From contig CAJINV010000024.1 in NCBI GenBank assembly GCA_905178155.1, positions 414,715 through 478,714 of the forward strand: DNA of 64,000 bases. The letters run 5' to 3'. This document shows positions 50,049 to 64,000 of this stretch, piece after piece. Each line of letters opens with the position of its first letter. Position 1 is the stretch's first letter. Made by a program: the position numbers and the translations under genes. The notes below the pieces were generated by a model, which had not been told where the DNA came from, searched no databases, and worked only from the letters and a program-made list of their open reading frames with translations. This stretch comes from Amoebophrya sp. A120. Its lineage: Eukaryota; Protista; Dinoflagellata.

Positions 50049-52821
50049 ATGAACAACATGGCGGGCTCTCTGCTGGAGATCCGCAACTTGGTCGGGAAAT
50101 CCTGCACCATTACCGTGGATACGGCCAAAGTGAAGAAGGTTGCGGATTTGTGTAGCTGGAGCATCATTGAGAAGCTGTTTGATGAAGACCAGTATGAATT
50201 GCAAAAGTATCGGGCTAGTGGTAATTGGATTTACGAATAACAACTTGCTTAGCGTTACAAATGAGCTTTGTCATGCTTCTTCACTTTAAGCAAAAATATT
50301 TGTCGTGCATGGCTGCAATTGGTACCACTACGAATACGATGCTTTTGCACAGCATAGCCAGCTTCTGCCGCCCCTGCATCGGATCAAATGGTTCGTCTGC
50401 GCCAACTACGCATTGCAAATTATATCATGTCTGGACTTGGAATACGCGTGATGAAAAAATTTGTGCTAGTGAATATCGTGTAGAATAAAATCTGTGTTGC
50501 GACATTCCAGACCAACTTGTCATGCTCTGTTTACATTCCAGGCCACCTTTTGTATACTTTTACTTAGTCGAAAAAATGCATGACGAATTTTGTTAGCCAC
50601 TGTTCCAGAGACCCAGACATATTTTTTACCATGGATACCACCGCAACTACGACCGTTCCAGGAAGCAAAGCGAGCAAGGACTCTGCCGCAAGCGAAGTAC
50701 ACGCGGAACGACTGCACGGGGACCGCAACAAAGAGGAATACTCCATCGGCGAGGAAGAGCCTTCTTCTCCCCACGACCACTCCCCGAAGAGTAACGACGC
50801 CGGTCGTGGGTCTTTCTGCCTGTCGGAACGATCCAGAAGCAGGTCACCGCGGCGGGAACAGCAGGATGAACCGCAGATGCGGGTCGCGGAGAAGGATGAG
50901 GACGTGATTTTCGGAGACGACGTCGAGAATCCGGTTTTCTACCAGTTTGCGGTGGTTGCGGAGGAATTTTCGGTGACGTGGGAGACCTACACGCCGGCCC
51001 CTTGGGAGTCGCCCGAGGCGCCGAAAAGCAAAAGACCCTGGGCCGACTTCCCGACTGTTTGGCAGGGCTTCGTCGCGTGCGTGATCGGGCAACAGGGAAA
51101 GCACGAAAGCTGGTGGAAGTTGCACGAAGTGGGATCCTTCATCTACGACCAGTATCAAATGCAAAAATTTCCGGGTCTGGGAGGATGGAACTTGTGATGC
51201 ATCCTGTAGGCTACACAAAAATCTGTGCTGCGTGATCACCTACACTTTTCTTTTTTTGACCAACATGAGCGGGAGTTTCCCATGCAGGATAGGCATGGCA
51301 GAGACTTCGCAGAATCTGTCATGCTAGGTCCTGCATTCCAGACCTCATGGGGCATGGAAAATATGCATGACAAGTCCGCAATCTTCCAGACCCAGACACT
51401 TTTGCATTTGATAACCAAACCTGGCTTGCGATGATCGACGATGGATCGGAGGCGAAAGAGATTCTAGCCAACTGCCACTTTCCGATCGGACCCTTCCCCC
51501 CGCTGGCGGAGGTGTTCGGGGACCTTCGTTGGAACAACATTAACATGTTACTTCCGCCTAAACTCTGCTTCGAGTTGCTAGACCTGCCCCTTACCGAGTG
51601 GCGCAAGCACGCGCGGGCGTCTGGTGGAAAGGCATTTACGGACGATCACAGGATGGAGCTGGCAACGCGAGTGGTGCACTACAGGTTCACACGTAAAGCG
51701 AGCGAGCACATCCATCATCATAGTCAACGTGAGAACTCCGAGACCGCGGGCACGCATGCGAAACTGTTCCGCCGGGCGTTGGAGATAGCATCGCCCGGCC
51801 TGGCATCCGTCGTAGGAATGCTGGAACCGTTACAATCCGGCAGACGCCTCCTGGAAGGACAAGAGGAGACGCCTCTTTGCATTCCGGCAGGCATGCAGGA
51901 ATGCGTCAGCGCTTTGCTGGCATTCTTCGGCACGCGCGGGGAAGCGCGACACTTCTGTGACGAGTTGGTCGAGAGCGTGTTTGGGGTCGCTGCCGTAGCT
52001 GACCGGTGGCGCAAACAAGCCGCCCAAGGACTGCAGCAGCAAGTTCTAGCCGCTGCGAGGACGAGCAACGAACTGTTTCACCTGTTGCGCGAACAAGTGG
52101 AGCTCTTTCTTCTCCCGCTCGGAAACTACCAGGGCCACAGCGGCTAAGCAGTGCAAATGCGGCTCGGCTGGGAAGGTTGAGATTTGATGGCAGAAATGAG
52201 TATGAAATCGGTACAGAAATAAACGCGAAATCAGTAGCGCATGAGCACAAGAAGATTATAAATACCTGTTTCTTGTGTATGCAACAACTCGGCACCCGGT
52301 CTTCAGGTGCAATACGCACCACAAAGCGCTTCAATACTTTTCTTGCATGGCAACGTATGGCAGGGGCCGTAAGCCCACCAAAAAATACTCGCACTAGAAT
52401 ATAACTACAACTTTCATCCAAAGAACCTCTGTCCGTATTTGCAATGCATACTAGCAGGACAAGAGTTAACCAAGCACTGAAGTGGCTGCAGATGCTGAAG
52501 GAGGAGTCCGACAAGATGCAGATTGACCACGGACTGGACGGGGCCATCAAAGATCTCGAACGGCTTTATTCTCGTCTGGATTTTTCAGAAGCAGGTGGCT
52601 CGTTGCGGGACAACGTTTCCGGCCTGCAAGTTTTCCAGGATCTCGGGCTCGCAACCCACTTCCGCGACGCGATGCAGGAGTCTAGGTTCCTGGGTTTCAC
52701 CGAGGAACGCCCCTTCTTGGTCAATAACCAGATGCTACTTCCGTTTACCTGGAACAAGATGGTGGGCTCGCTGCGCGATGTGGTCGACGTGAAAGACGGT
52801 CATGTGACAGGCATCTGGTGA
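50049..52821 (+). CDS. hypothetical protein with ubiquitin-like N-terminus, copy A (5 exons)
   Basis: introners 50193-50356, 50407-50637, 51153-51413 and 52145-52450; each removal joins adjacent track ORFs in frame. Confidence 0.8.
51153..51413. mobile_element. introner present only in copy A
   Basis: DR ACCAG/ACCAA; empty site TACGACCAGACCTGG at ~55230 in copy B. Confidence 0.95.
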
Positions 52822-53857
52822 CCAAGAATCCTGCTAGCGAGACAAGACGGTCGATATTGATCATAGGGACGTTTTCTGTTTCAGCCGCTGATTCCTCTTG
52901 CGCCGCATGGTGCTGTTTTTGAAACAGACGGCTGTGCCGCTGCGGCTAATGATCTAGAGCTGCTTGTGGTCAACAGGACTTTAGCCGTTGGATAGGTCGA
53001 GTTTGATGTTGCTTGCCTTGGATGTGATGTTCTGCACATCGCTGTTTGGTTTTACGCAAAAAATCTCGGTTTTGTTTTCTTCGTGTGCTTCACTTTAAGT
53101 TCAATCAAGTGAGAGACTTCATCTTCAAATCGCTTTCGTCACAAACCGGTCGCACTCGTCTTTGCAAATCGCAGCCAATTTCAAGTGGTTTACAGCTTAT
53201 TTGATATGTGGTTTTACAAATCGACACGAATTGCAAATGGTAATAGAGCTGCATTAAGTATTCCTCATGTTTTTCTCATTGTGTGATGCTGATGTGAGAG
53301 TCGAGCTTCACTTGTTTCGTCAAAATTCGTATATACTCGTTTTCCGCGAGTGGTTAAAACGGCCTTTATATCTCAAATCGCTTCTGTCGTGTTTTTTCTA
53401 TGCCGAGTGATGAAATTGAAAAATCGAGAAAGGACTACTGCAGGTTTATTTGTGCGAAATTGTTTGGCACTGCCACTGCCTAGAACCTGAACGAAACAGC
53501 CTACCAGGTCACCACCCTTGTAGACGCGGATAGTTTGTTGGATTGAATTGCCACACAGTGTTTTTAGCCTCTCTTTTCCTCAAAGGGCACGGTAAACAAA
53601 AGAAAGCGCATTGCTAATAGAATTTATTTAAGGATCGCATCTCTCTAAAAGTGGCCCGAAATTATTTGCAGCCCCCAAAGCTGACCTCACAACTTTTTCT
53701 AAGTGCCTGCTTTCTCAATTGTTGCCTACCCCCGCCGCTAGTCCAACAAGTCGAGTCCTCCGCATTCGACGAGAAGCCTGTACTGCTGCCACAGCATCGA
53801 CTGAGCAACCCCCAGAGGACTGAGCCGCAGCATCAGCTGTACTCTTCCCGCCGCAAG

Positions 53858-56631
53858 ATGAACAACATGGCGAGCAGCTCTCCGCTGGAGATCCGCAACT
53901 TAAGCGGGAAATCCTGCACCATTACCGTGGATACGGCCAAGGTGAAGAAGGTTGCGGATTTGTGTAGCTGGAGCGTCATTGAGAAGCTGTTTGACGAAGA
54001 CCAGTATGAATTGCAACAGTATCGGGCTAGTAGTACTTGAATTTACGAATAACGACTTGCTCAGCATTACAAATGAGTTTTGTCATGCTATTGCAAAGGA
54101 AAGATATTATTCCACATGCATGGCTGCAATTGGTACCACTACGAATACGATACTTTTGCAAAGCATAGCCAGCTTCTGCCGCCCCTGCATCGAATCAAAT
54201 GGTTCGTCTGCGCCAACTATGGATTGCAAATTATATGTCTGGATTGAGAATACGCGTGATGAAAAAATTTGTGGTAGTGAGTATCGTGTAGACAAAAACT
54301 TGTCTTGCATTCCAGACCAACTTGTCATGCTCTTTTTATATTTTTCCAGGCCACCTTTTGTTACTTAGCCGAAAAAATGCATGACAAATTTTTTTAGCCA
54401 CTGTTCCGGAGACCCAGACATATTTTTTACCATGGATACCACCGCAACTACGACCGTTCCAGGAAGCAAAGCGAGCAAGGACTCTGCCGCAAGCGAAGGC
54501 GACGCGGAACGACCGCACGGGGACCGTAAGAAGGAGGAATACTGTATCGGCGAGGAAGAGCCTTTTCCTGACTTTGATCATTACTCCCCAAACAGTCACG
54601 ACGCCGGTCGTGGGTCTTCCGGTATCTAATGTAAAAATGTCTGGGTCATCTGGAAGATTGCAACTCGTCATGCTAACTCTGCAGCATGCAAAAATCTGTG
54701 TTACATGATTACCAAAAGTGATCCAGTTTTGACCAAGTCGGGAGGGAGTTTCTCATGCAGGATAGGCATGAGAAAGGTCTCGCAGAAACAGAATCTGTCA
54801 TGCTAGGTCCTGCATTCCAAACCTCATGGGTCATGGAAAAGCAGCATGACAAGTCGCGCATTCTTCGAGACCCAGACTACATTCTTGCATTTGATATCCT
54901 GTCTGTCGGAACGATCCAGAAGCAGATCACCGCGGCGGGAGCAGCAGGATGAACCGCAGCTGCGGGTCGCGGAGAAGGATGAGGACGTGATCTTCGGTGA
55001 CGACGAGAATCCGATTTTCTACCAGTTTGCGGTGGTTCCGGAGGAATTTTCGCACACCTGGGAGAGCTGGGCGACGGATTGGTATTGGCGGTGGCCGGAG
55101 AGGGCGAAATCCAAAAGGCCGTGGGCCGACTTCCGGAGTTCCTGGCAGTTATTTGTCGAGCTCGTGATCATCGGCCATGAGGACTACCGCGAAAGCTGGT
55201 GGAAGTTGCACGAACTGCGATCCTTTATCTACGACCAGACCTGGCTTGCGATGATCGATGATGGACCAGAGGCGGAGCAGATTCTAGCCAACTGCCTCTT
55301 TCCGGTCGGAACCTTCCCCCCGCGGGCGCATGTGTTCGGGGACACTCAACAGCTCTTCATGGGCCTTCCGCCTAAACTCTGCTTCGAGTTGCTCGACCTG
55401 CCCCTTAGCGAGTGGCGCAAGCACGCGCGGGCGTCTGGTGGAAAGGCGTTTACGGACGAACACCGGCTGGAGCTGGCGACACGGGCGGTGCAGTACAGAT
55501 TCACGCGGGATGCGGACTGGTTCATCGATAGTACTCCTGCGACGAGCATGTCGTGTACTCTCTGCACGAAAATGTTTCGACGGGCGTTGCAGATAGCTCC
55601 ACCCAGCCCGGCATCCGTCGTAGGAATGCTGGAGGAATTCCAATCCGGCAGCAGGCGCCTCGTGAGCTTTCCACGACTCGAGACACCACCAGGCATGTCG
55701 GAATGCGTCAGCTCTTTGCTGTCATTGTTCGGCACGCGCGGGGAGGTGCGACACTTCTGTGACCAGGTGGTCGAGAGCGTGTGCGGGGTCGCTGCCATAG
55801 CTGACCGGTGGCGCAAACAAGCCGCCCAAAGACTGCAGCAGCGAGTTCTAGGCGCTCCGCGCAGCAGGTGTCCAAGTTTCCACCTGTTTGACCGGTTGCG
55901 CGAACAAGTGGAGCTCTTTCTTCTCCCCTCCGGAACGTGGAGGTACCACAGCGGCTAAGCAGAGCAAATGCGGCTGGGCTGGGAAGGTTGAAATTTGATG
56001 TCAGAACTGAGTTGGAAATCAGTACAGATATAAGTGCAAAATTATCAGTAGCGCATGAGTACAAAAAGATTTGAATTCCTGCTTCTTGTTGTGGATGCAA
56101 CAACTCGACACCCGGTCATCATGTGGAATACGCAACACAAAGCGCTCCAATACTTTTCCTGCATGGCAACGTATGGCAGGGGGCGTAAGCCCACCAAGAA
56201 ATCCTCGCACTAGAATATAACTACAACCTTCATCCAAAGAACCTCTGTCCGTATTTGCAATGCATAGCAGCAGGACACGAGTCAACCAATCACTGAAGTG
56301 GCTGCAGATGCTGAAGAACGAATGCAACAAGATGCACATCGATCACGGGCTGGACGAGGCCATCAAAGATCTCGACCGGCTTTGTTCTCGTCTGGATTTT
56401 TCTGAAGCAGGTGGCTCGTTGCGGCACAACACTAGCGGCCTGCAAGTTTTCGAGGACCTCGGGCTCGCAACCCAGTTCCGCGACGCGATGAAAGAGTCGG
56501 GAGTCAAGACTTACACCGAGGAACATCCTCTCTCGGGCAACAAGCAGAAACGAATTCCGTTCACCTGGGACAACGTCTTGGGCTCGCTGCGCGGTGTGGC
56601 GGACGTGCCAAATATGAAAGGCTTCTGGTGA
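53858..56631 (+). CDS. hypothetical protein with ubiquitin-like N-terminus, copy B (5 exons)
   Basis: introners 54005-54167, 54218-54438, 54623-54896 and 55956-56266; tandem paralog of copy A. Confidence 0.8.
54623..54896. mobile_element. introner present only in copy B
   Basis: DR TCCGG/TCCTG; empty site GGGTCTTTCTGCCTGTCG at ~50810 in copy A. Confidence 0.92.
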
Positions 56632-57512
56632 GCAAAAGTCAAATGCTGCTAGCGAGACAAGCTGGTAGATATGATAAGGAAGCTTTTTGTTTCAGCTTAT
56701 AACCCGTCTTGCGGCGCATGAGGCTGTTTTTGACACAGACGGCCGTGCCGCTGCGGCTAATGATCTAGAGCTGCTGGTGGTCAACAGGACGAGTTTAGCC
56801 GTTGGATAGGTCGAGTTTGATGTTGCTTGCCTCGGATTTGATGTTCTGCACATCGCTGTCTGGGTTGACTCAAAAAGTATCGGTTTTATTTTCTTCGTGT
56901 GCTTCACTTTAAGTTTAATCAAGTGAGAGACTTCATCTGCAAATCGCTTTCGTCACAAACCGGTCGCACTCGTCTTTGCAAATCGCAGCCAATAACTTCA
57001 ACTGAATTCCAGCCTATCTGATTATAAAATGTTACAAATCGACACAAATTGCAAATGGTGTATCAAGTATTTCTCATGTTTTTCTAACTGTGTGACGTTG
57101 ATGTGAGAGTCGAGCTTCATTTGTTTCGTCAAAATTCGTATATATTCGTTTTCCACGAGTGGTCAAAACGGCCTTTATACCTCAAATCGCTTCTGGTTCT
57201 GTCGTGTTTTTTCTATGCCGAATGATGAAGTTTACCAATCAAGAAAGGACTACTGCAGGTTTTTTTGCGCGAATTTGTTTGCCACTGCCTAGAACTTGAA
57301 ACAGCCACCCAGGTCACCACCCTCTTATACACGGATAGTCTGCTAGATTGAGTTCATCTCTTTTCCTCAAAGAATACGGCAAAAAGGAACTGCATTGCTT
57401 TGAAAATATTTTGTTAAGCGATCGCATCATCTTCCTAAAGTAACTTTCGCTACCTTTTTATTTTCCTCTCTTGCTACAGGCTTTGTAATCTCGAATCGAA
57501 CCGCAACCGATT

Positions 57513-60500
57513 ATGTCGTTGTTTTCGGACTGCCTTTATCCACTGCAAAAATGTCTGGGTCTGGAAGATTGGAGCTTGTGATACTGTCTGCGGATTCAGA
57601 TTCTACAAATATCTGTGTTGGATGAACAGCAAGAAGAGACCAGTTCTTGGCACGCGGAAGTGCGTTTCTCATGCGTGATCAGCATCAAGAAGCTCTCAAA
57701 AAAGCTGTGATGCTAGGAGCTGCGTCACTGATCTCATGGGTTATGCAAAATGTGCATGACAAACCCCGTCTCTTCCAGACCCAGACATATTTGCATTTGA
57801 TAGCCTTAAGGCGCTCCAGCGCGGGAATGAGGAGGACCTGCTGGTCGAGGAGATTGGCGAACAGGAAAACACCGGTAAAAAGAAGTATGGGAGTGTCAGA
57901 GCCGAAAGCGACAAAATCGAAACACTTGCGACGCACAAAATCGACGCCAGTGAAGCCCAGAGCTTCTCTTGCAGTCGGCGCATGACAAATTTTCCCCGGC
58001 CTGGAAGCGAATCTGTCATGCAGTTTAGGGCAATAGAGCCAGCTGCTCTCTGTCATGTTAGTCAGCAGCCCAACACTTACCCCTTACCAGGACTACAATC
58101 CGCCCTGCTTGCATCCCCTGCACCAGAGTCGCTTTTTGCGTGGCATTTTGTGCATTACAGATTATTTCGATTTTGTCGATTTCGATCCTGACATTCCCAT
58201 AAGAAGGGAACGGAATATCCCAATGGGGGATCCAGCAAGGACACGTGCGTCCCCTTCTCGCTTATCCAGTGCAAATATGTATGGGTCTGGAGCAATACAA
58301 GACATGCAAAATAAATGCTGGCGCTGGACCCACATACGACCCCCAAACCTTGTAATGCGTGTTGTGGAATATTTTCAAGTAGCAATGTTTCTGTGTCATG
58401 TTGCAAAAACGCAGTCTCTCATGCGTGTAAAAACCACAGAACCATCTAAAAACCTGTCATGCTTCTTGGCTGCGTAAGTACTACCCGTAGTCATTTTGTC
58501 ATAATGATGCATGTATTGGCATGATAAGTTAAAGTTGCCAGAACCAGACATATTTGCCTCGGATATCGTCGTTAGACGACGAGGAGGATCAACTGCGCTT
58601 GATCAAGCAGCCGGCGAACACGGACTTTCCACAGGGGTGGGGACCGGTGGTGTACCTTGTGTAAAAACGTCCCCACCTCCTCCTGACAGTGAACTTTTTG
58701 ACACGAGAAGCCCAAAAGTTCTGGGAGTCACGCATGACAAGCTCCTCCGTTGTTCAGCGGTTTAGTGTAGCAGGTACTAGCCGTGGAGTTTTAATACCAA
58801 AGCATCTGTATTGAGTAATATTCTGTGTACACCAGCATAATATATTACATGTGCCACAAAACGACTAGAAACGCCTCCCATCGGCATGCGCATAATTACA
58901 AGTGTTTCCGTACTAGAAGCAACTCTGCATCATGACCGTGCGGGGGAGGAGGTGGGGGCGTGTTTACGCAGGATACGGCGCTGTCCAATTTTTGCTTTCA
59001 GCTGATCAAACATGTGGTCTCCGACGGAGCGGCTATCCCATGCAAATATGTCTGGGGCCTGGAGGAAGCAGGAACGTGCCATGCGGTTTTTTGCATCTTC
59101 AGATAAAATTGTTTTGCATGCTTTTTGCACGCAGAGCATGACAGATCACCTCTACTCCAGGCGACGAGATCCTTTGTGACCTTGGGATACAAAATGAATC
59201 GGGCGTCTTTAATATTAGCTGATTTTTACGCAACACAGATTTTTGCCTATCCCAGAATTATCCGCATTGCAGCTGTGCATCCTTCCAGGCGTCCAGGGAT
59301 ATTTGCAATGCATAACCGCGTTTAATACAATCCCGTGTCTATCGCAAGAAAAAACTGATTCACTGTGAACTTGTGATGCAGAAAATGGAACACAGAACTC
59401 TTTGGCTTGCTACACCTGCAAGGCATGGGATTTTCAAGCGTGCTTTCCCTTGGGAAGCGCGCATGACAAATTTTCAGTGTCATGTGTAGCAAACTTGTGA
59501 TGCAGATCCTGCAAAGTCATTACAGTGAAACAGTTTTTTCCTACGATAGTGTCAAGTGCTGCTGCAGTACGAGCCCATCGGCAATGGCCACGAAATATCA
59601 AATGCAAAAATGTCTGGGTCTGGGAGATTCTGAAACTTGTCATGCACGTTTTACATAGGCCATGATGTCTGTGGTGCTTGCCGTAGCATCACAGATTTTT
59701 CGAGGGGTTCTTGATGCCTATTTTGCATGACAAATACCGTATCCGCGTAGGAAAAATTACACTCACTTTGCTGCTCATGCAATACAATTTTTTTTGGAAT
59801 CCACATGCAGCATCACAAGTTGCATTCTTCCAGACCCAGACATTTTTGCATTTGATACGACGCCCCCTGCCTCAACTACGTCGCGTCTCGTATCATTTGT
59901 AAAAACGTCCCCCCTCCAGAGTTGTCATGCAGATTTGCAATGACAGCAGCATTTGTAATGCGCATCGACAGGAGAGGCATTTGCATTTCTCGTCATGATG
60001 TTTTCGCATTTGTAATGCTGTAAACAGGATCATAACCAGATGGATTTCTGATGCTGCTGGCCTTGCCAACCTTCACTACTCTACGGACTGCAAGTTGTGA
60101 TGCGTATCCCTGAAAAGTTTGTTCTAGGTATGTGCTGCAAGGTCCCCATCTTGACTCGGGGGAGGGGATGTGTTTACTCAGGATATGCCCGGACCTGCCG
60201 TACGCGACCGACGAATGGATCTCCACCGCGTGGCTGCTGCTGCCTATCCTCTGCAAACACGTCGAGGGCTGGAAGAGAAGGAGCGCAGCAAGATTTGTCA
60301 TGCATATAGTCGCAGAGGACGTCGACGCGCATACTCTGGTGGAAATCACACAGTGACAGCGCAAGTCTTTCGGCACTTCCTCCTGCCTATCCCGCACGGG
60401 AAACCCGGTTGGTATCAAATGTAAAAATGTCTGGGTCAGGAAGAATCCAACTTGTCATGCTGATTTTCGATGCTAAAAAAATCTGTATTGCATGAGCAGC

Positions 60501-60790
60501 AAAGAGAGTCCAAATTTTACTACACGGAAAGAGCATTTGTCATGCGGAATAGCCATCAGGAAGCCCTCACGAAATCTGTGATGCTAGGGCATGCATCACA
60601 GACATCAGGAGTCATGCAAAATGTGCATGACAAACCTGGCAATCTTCCAGACCCAGACATTTTTACAGTTGATAGTTGGTGGACACGGCCCACGCGTGCC
60701 CACCGCCGACGAAGGCCCGGGAGGACACCGTGAGGACGATCAGGTAGAGAGTACTAATCAATGGCTCAACACGCATGAAGTTAGTAACTA
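57513..60790 (+). CDS. introner-riddled hypothetical gene or pseudogene; 3' extent uncertain
   Basis: Introners at 57537-57802 (DR GCCTT), 57886-58201 (AGAAG), 58263-58565, 58653-58975, 59034-59314, 59340-59548 (GTGTC), 59596-59857, 59891-60185 and 60413-60674 (GTTGG). Frame is restored at most junctions but not at 58653-58975, and a stop occurs at 60356. Confidence 0.5.
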
Positions 60791-61325
60791 GGGAGCAAGT
60801 AGATGATGAACAAGTGCTGTCAGCTCTTGGTGTCGTGCATGCAACGGCACAACTTTTTTTGTGATCGGCACTTGGCCAGACAAGCTGCATCCTTCCCGAC
60901 ATCCAGAGTCGTGGACGATATTTGCAATGCATACTAGTGAAAACGCTCATCGCGGAGCTCGCGAAGCTGGATCCCAATATCAACCGCAAATATGTAGTCT
61001 GGGCCTGGAAAGTAGAATGTGGGATACTAAACAGCGAATGAGTCAGATGCATGGACTACTCATACTCTTGAGTGCAACTTATCATGACATCAAGTCTTTT
61101 GGACGTTCTTTCACACGTAGCGCACACCAGAAACTGTGACTGTTTTACATGACAAAGAGATGAGGAATGATTGATTTGTCCGGCATGAAAACCAGATCCT
61201 ACAGGAACTTCTATTTCATCGTTATTAAGTACAACATTTTTACGCTCCACTACTTTACTTATAATTTCCCGAGCACCCAGACACGAGTGCAATGCATACC
61301 GGAAAACGAGGCGAAGTTGCGTGGT

Positions 61326-62549
61326 ATGAATTGCAAATATGTTTCTTTGGGTCTGGAAGATGATTTCATAACTTGTCATGCAGGTTTCCACGAGGTCTGG
61401 ATCTGGAATGTAGGACCACCCAGCATGACAGATTTTGCGGGAGTTCGATCATGCCTCTCCTGTGTGAAAAACTCCCTCTCCTCTTTGTCAAAGGTCAACA
61501 ACTTGTGGTAATGATGGATTTTTGCACAATCCAGACTGAGCATGACAGACTTTGCACTTTTCCAGACCCAGACATGATCATATTTGCAATGGCATATTAG
61601 GCCTCCGGGGTGCGTTCGACGAGTGGATTGGGCAGGTCGATTCCTTTATCCCACAGAAAAGCGAACAACCCATCGCAGAAAAAGAAATTGAATTTGTAAT
61701 GCTGTCTTCGTCGCACAAAAAACTTTGCTTTGGTCGCTCAGCATGACAAACTTTTTCAGTAGCACCTTCCTAGGCACTAGAATAACATTGCAAACTGCGT
61801 GAAGCATGACAGAAGATGGCTCTCATCTCAATCGGTTTCCACGGTACAACAGACTCTGTTGTTCTATGAAAACCGCTATCAAATGCAAATATGTTGTCTG
61901 GGTCTGGAACAAAGCAACTTGTTGTGCTAAATCTGAATCATGTAAAGAATCTGTGTTGCATGGTTACCAAACGCTGTCCACTTTTGAATCGAGAGGCAGT
62001 TGCTCACGCAGGATAAGCATGATAGAACTCCAACTCCCACAGAATCTGTCATGCTATGTCCTACATACCAGACCTCGGGGGTCATGGAAAACCTGCATGA
62101 CAGGTCTGGCACGCTTCCAGACCCAGACATATTTGCAATGCATAAACGCAACACGAGGACCACAGAATTATTTGCTTCTGGTATGTTTGTGCTTTTTTGT
62201 AGAATAACGGCGTACGGTGGGCGCAAGCAGCTGCAGACCCTGCTGGAAAAAACCATCTATCCACTGCAAATATGTTGTACTCTCGGTCTGGGAGAGTTCT
62301 TGCACCTTGTGATGTAAATTCTGAACCGCACGCTCAAAAATTTGTGTTGCATGAGCGCCACAAGCTGCGCATTTGTTGCTACGCAAGTACGGATTTTCAT
62401 CTCATGCGGGATGGGCATCAAGCCGCACGCGCAAAACCTGTGATGCTATAAATGCTTTTGCGCGTACTAGAAACCATTTATGTGATCCAAAATATACATG
62501 ACGAACAAGTGCATTGTACCAGAGGACCCAAACGTATTTGCACTCGATA
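61326..62549. mobile_element. cluster of family 1-like elements (~61326-61596, 61877-62144, 62258-62549)
   Basis: TAT...TGCAAATATG / CATATTTGCA...ATA termini; DRs ACCGC/AACGC and CCATC/CCAAG; host exons not resolved. Confidence 0.7.
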
Positions 62550-64000
62550 CCAAGTCGGCGGTGAAGCGCTCCAACCCCTAAGCGGTACAACAGAGGTTGA
62601 AGCGTACTAAGCATTCATCTGGAGGAACAGAATATTGCGAATGAAGAATAACAAATTTTTTTGCTACCGTTTGATTTTTACCTTTCGAGAATAACAACAA
62701 AAATGCCAGACTAGTTTGATTAATGAACAGTTTAGTGTAATTAAAATTCTACTCACCTCCTATTTTCCTGCTCGAGCAATTTTAGTGTGATGATACGCAA
62801 TTTTCTCCTGCTCAAACTCAATCAATTCTCGATGTGACACCACATCCACGTGCACTCCTGAAACGCTTCAGGTTCTGTGTGACTGTGGGTGTTGTTTTTT
62901 TATGGAAAAACAAGTTGTTTATCTGTTTTCGCAGGAAATGGAAATAAGAGGTGAGACCTCGTCTTGCCAAAAACAAGATGGTGAACTTTTGAAGATTTCC
63001 ATTGCGATTTCCAGAAATGTTTCCAGAGAATAAAACATCGAACAAACGGCTTGAATCCGTTCCCCGCCACAGCATGGCAATTGTTCGTTCAACGCAAGAA
63101 CATTGCGCGGCGTCGGGGTTTGAAGTATTTGAGCACACGGTCTGTTCGCATACTAGGATCAGGATTTCAGAAGGATTGACACACGCGTCGCCGACGGAAG
63201 ATGTTCATGTACCAACAGTTTCGAAGTGATCTGGGAAATAAGAGATGTTTCGAGTCCGCACTGTTCAGAGAAAAATACCACTGTACTGATCGTGCGTAAT
63301 AGTCGTGAACTGCACGAATTCGTTGTCGTACTAGTAGTACAACAAGTATATTAACCGTCGAGATGTTGATCAAACAAAACTACAAGTGCGTAAGAGGCGA
63401 TCATGTCGACAGTGTTGATGTTCACTCTCTCCTCAGATTACGGTAGTGTGTGGTCTTTTTTTCTGCTTTTTCCTCCTGTGATCGCGCAACCCGAGACGTC
63501 GGTTTTTTTTCTCTCGTTGCTGTACTTACAATTTGAATTTCTTCCACATGGTCGCTGCGTCGCAAAGTCGCCTCGCAGATGAGTCGTGCTTTGTTTGAAC
63601 AAAAAAATTTTTCGCCTGGTGTGCAATTTCAATTCGTGTTTTGTGTGGAAGATGCGAGAGGTCGTGCACCTTGATGGCATAGTCTTAGATGGACTCTGGA
63701 ACAATCGCGTGAGTTGTACGCATGACAAACACGAAGATATATGCTTTGGAGCCTTTGGCCCAAAGTCGAGCAAAACAATCGCCAGGAAGCTTTATTTGGT
63801 CCCTCCCCGTCGAAACTGATCCGAGATTGTTCAGATAGCACCCCAAAGGTCCACACGAGCAGCAGGTAGGGCTGCTGCAAAAATTATAGTACGTCTACAA
63901 GTAGTACTAGTACAAATCCGAAAGGTCATGGTCAGTAGATCTTCTGGTGTTATTCGGGCCTGCAGGTGTTTACCTGAATTTTTCTGGAGCTGGCTCGACG

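Noticed and set aside
57685-58056. Minus-strand membrane-like ORF
   Set aside because: After introner removal the minus frames tested hit stops in the neighbouring exon; it is the antisense shadow of the plus-strand exons.
29170-62614. Recurrent short ORFs such as MTNLAIFQTQTFLHLI, MHDKSRNLPDPDIFAFD and SNANMSGSGR
   Set aside because: These are translations of introner TIRs, not a protein family.

Overview
This is a eukaryotic, protist-like genomic window, and the ORF track is misleading because genes are broken up by dozens of 150-330 bp insertions. Each insertion has terminal inverted repeats (5'-TAT...ATA-3') and an often imperfect 5-nt flanking direct repeat (DR). Removing element plus one DR restores the reading frame at nearly every site tested, so these behave as non-GT-AG introns (introners). 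This resembles the invasive non-canonical introns known from the syndinian dinoflagellate Amoebophrya; the taxon is inferred, not shown. Splicing by hand gives: a 16-exon Ser/Thr protein kinase (32249-38413, ~761 aa); a lineage-specific family with a ubiquitin-like N-terminus (26.3-30.1, 50.0-52.8, 53.9-56.6 kb, plus two 3' fragments), whose paralogs show reciprocal introner presence/absence; and two divergent paralogs at 1-6 kb. The 5.3-25.3 kb region is a mosaic of near-identical duplicated modules joined at a recurring ~30-40 bp motif with internal dyad symmetry. A 3.7-kb array of a 20-bp palindromic unit (44.7-48.4 kb) directly abuts a 5'-truncated gene. No transposase, rRNA, tRNA or CRISPR array was recognised.
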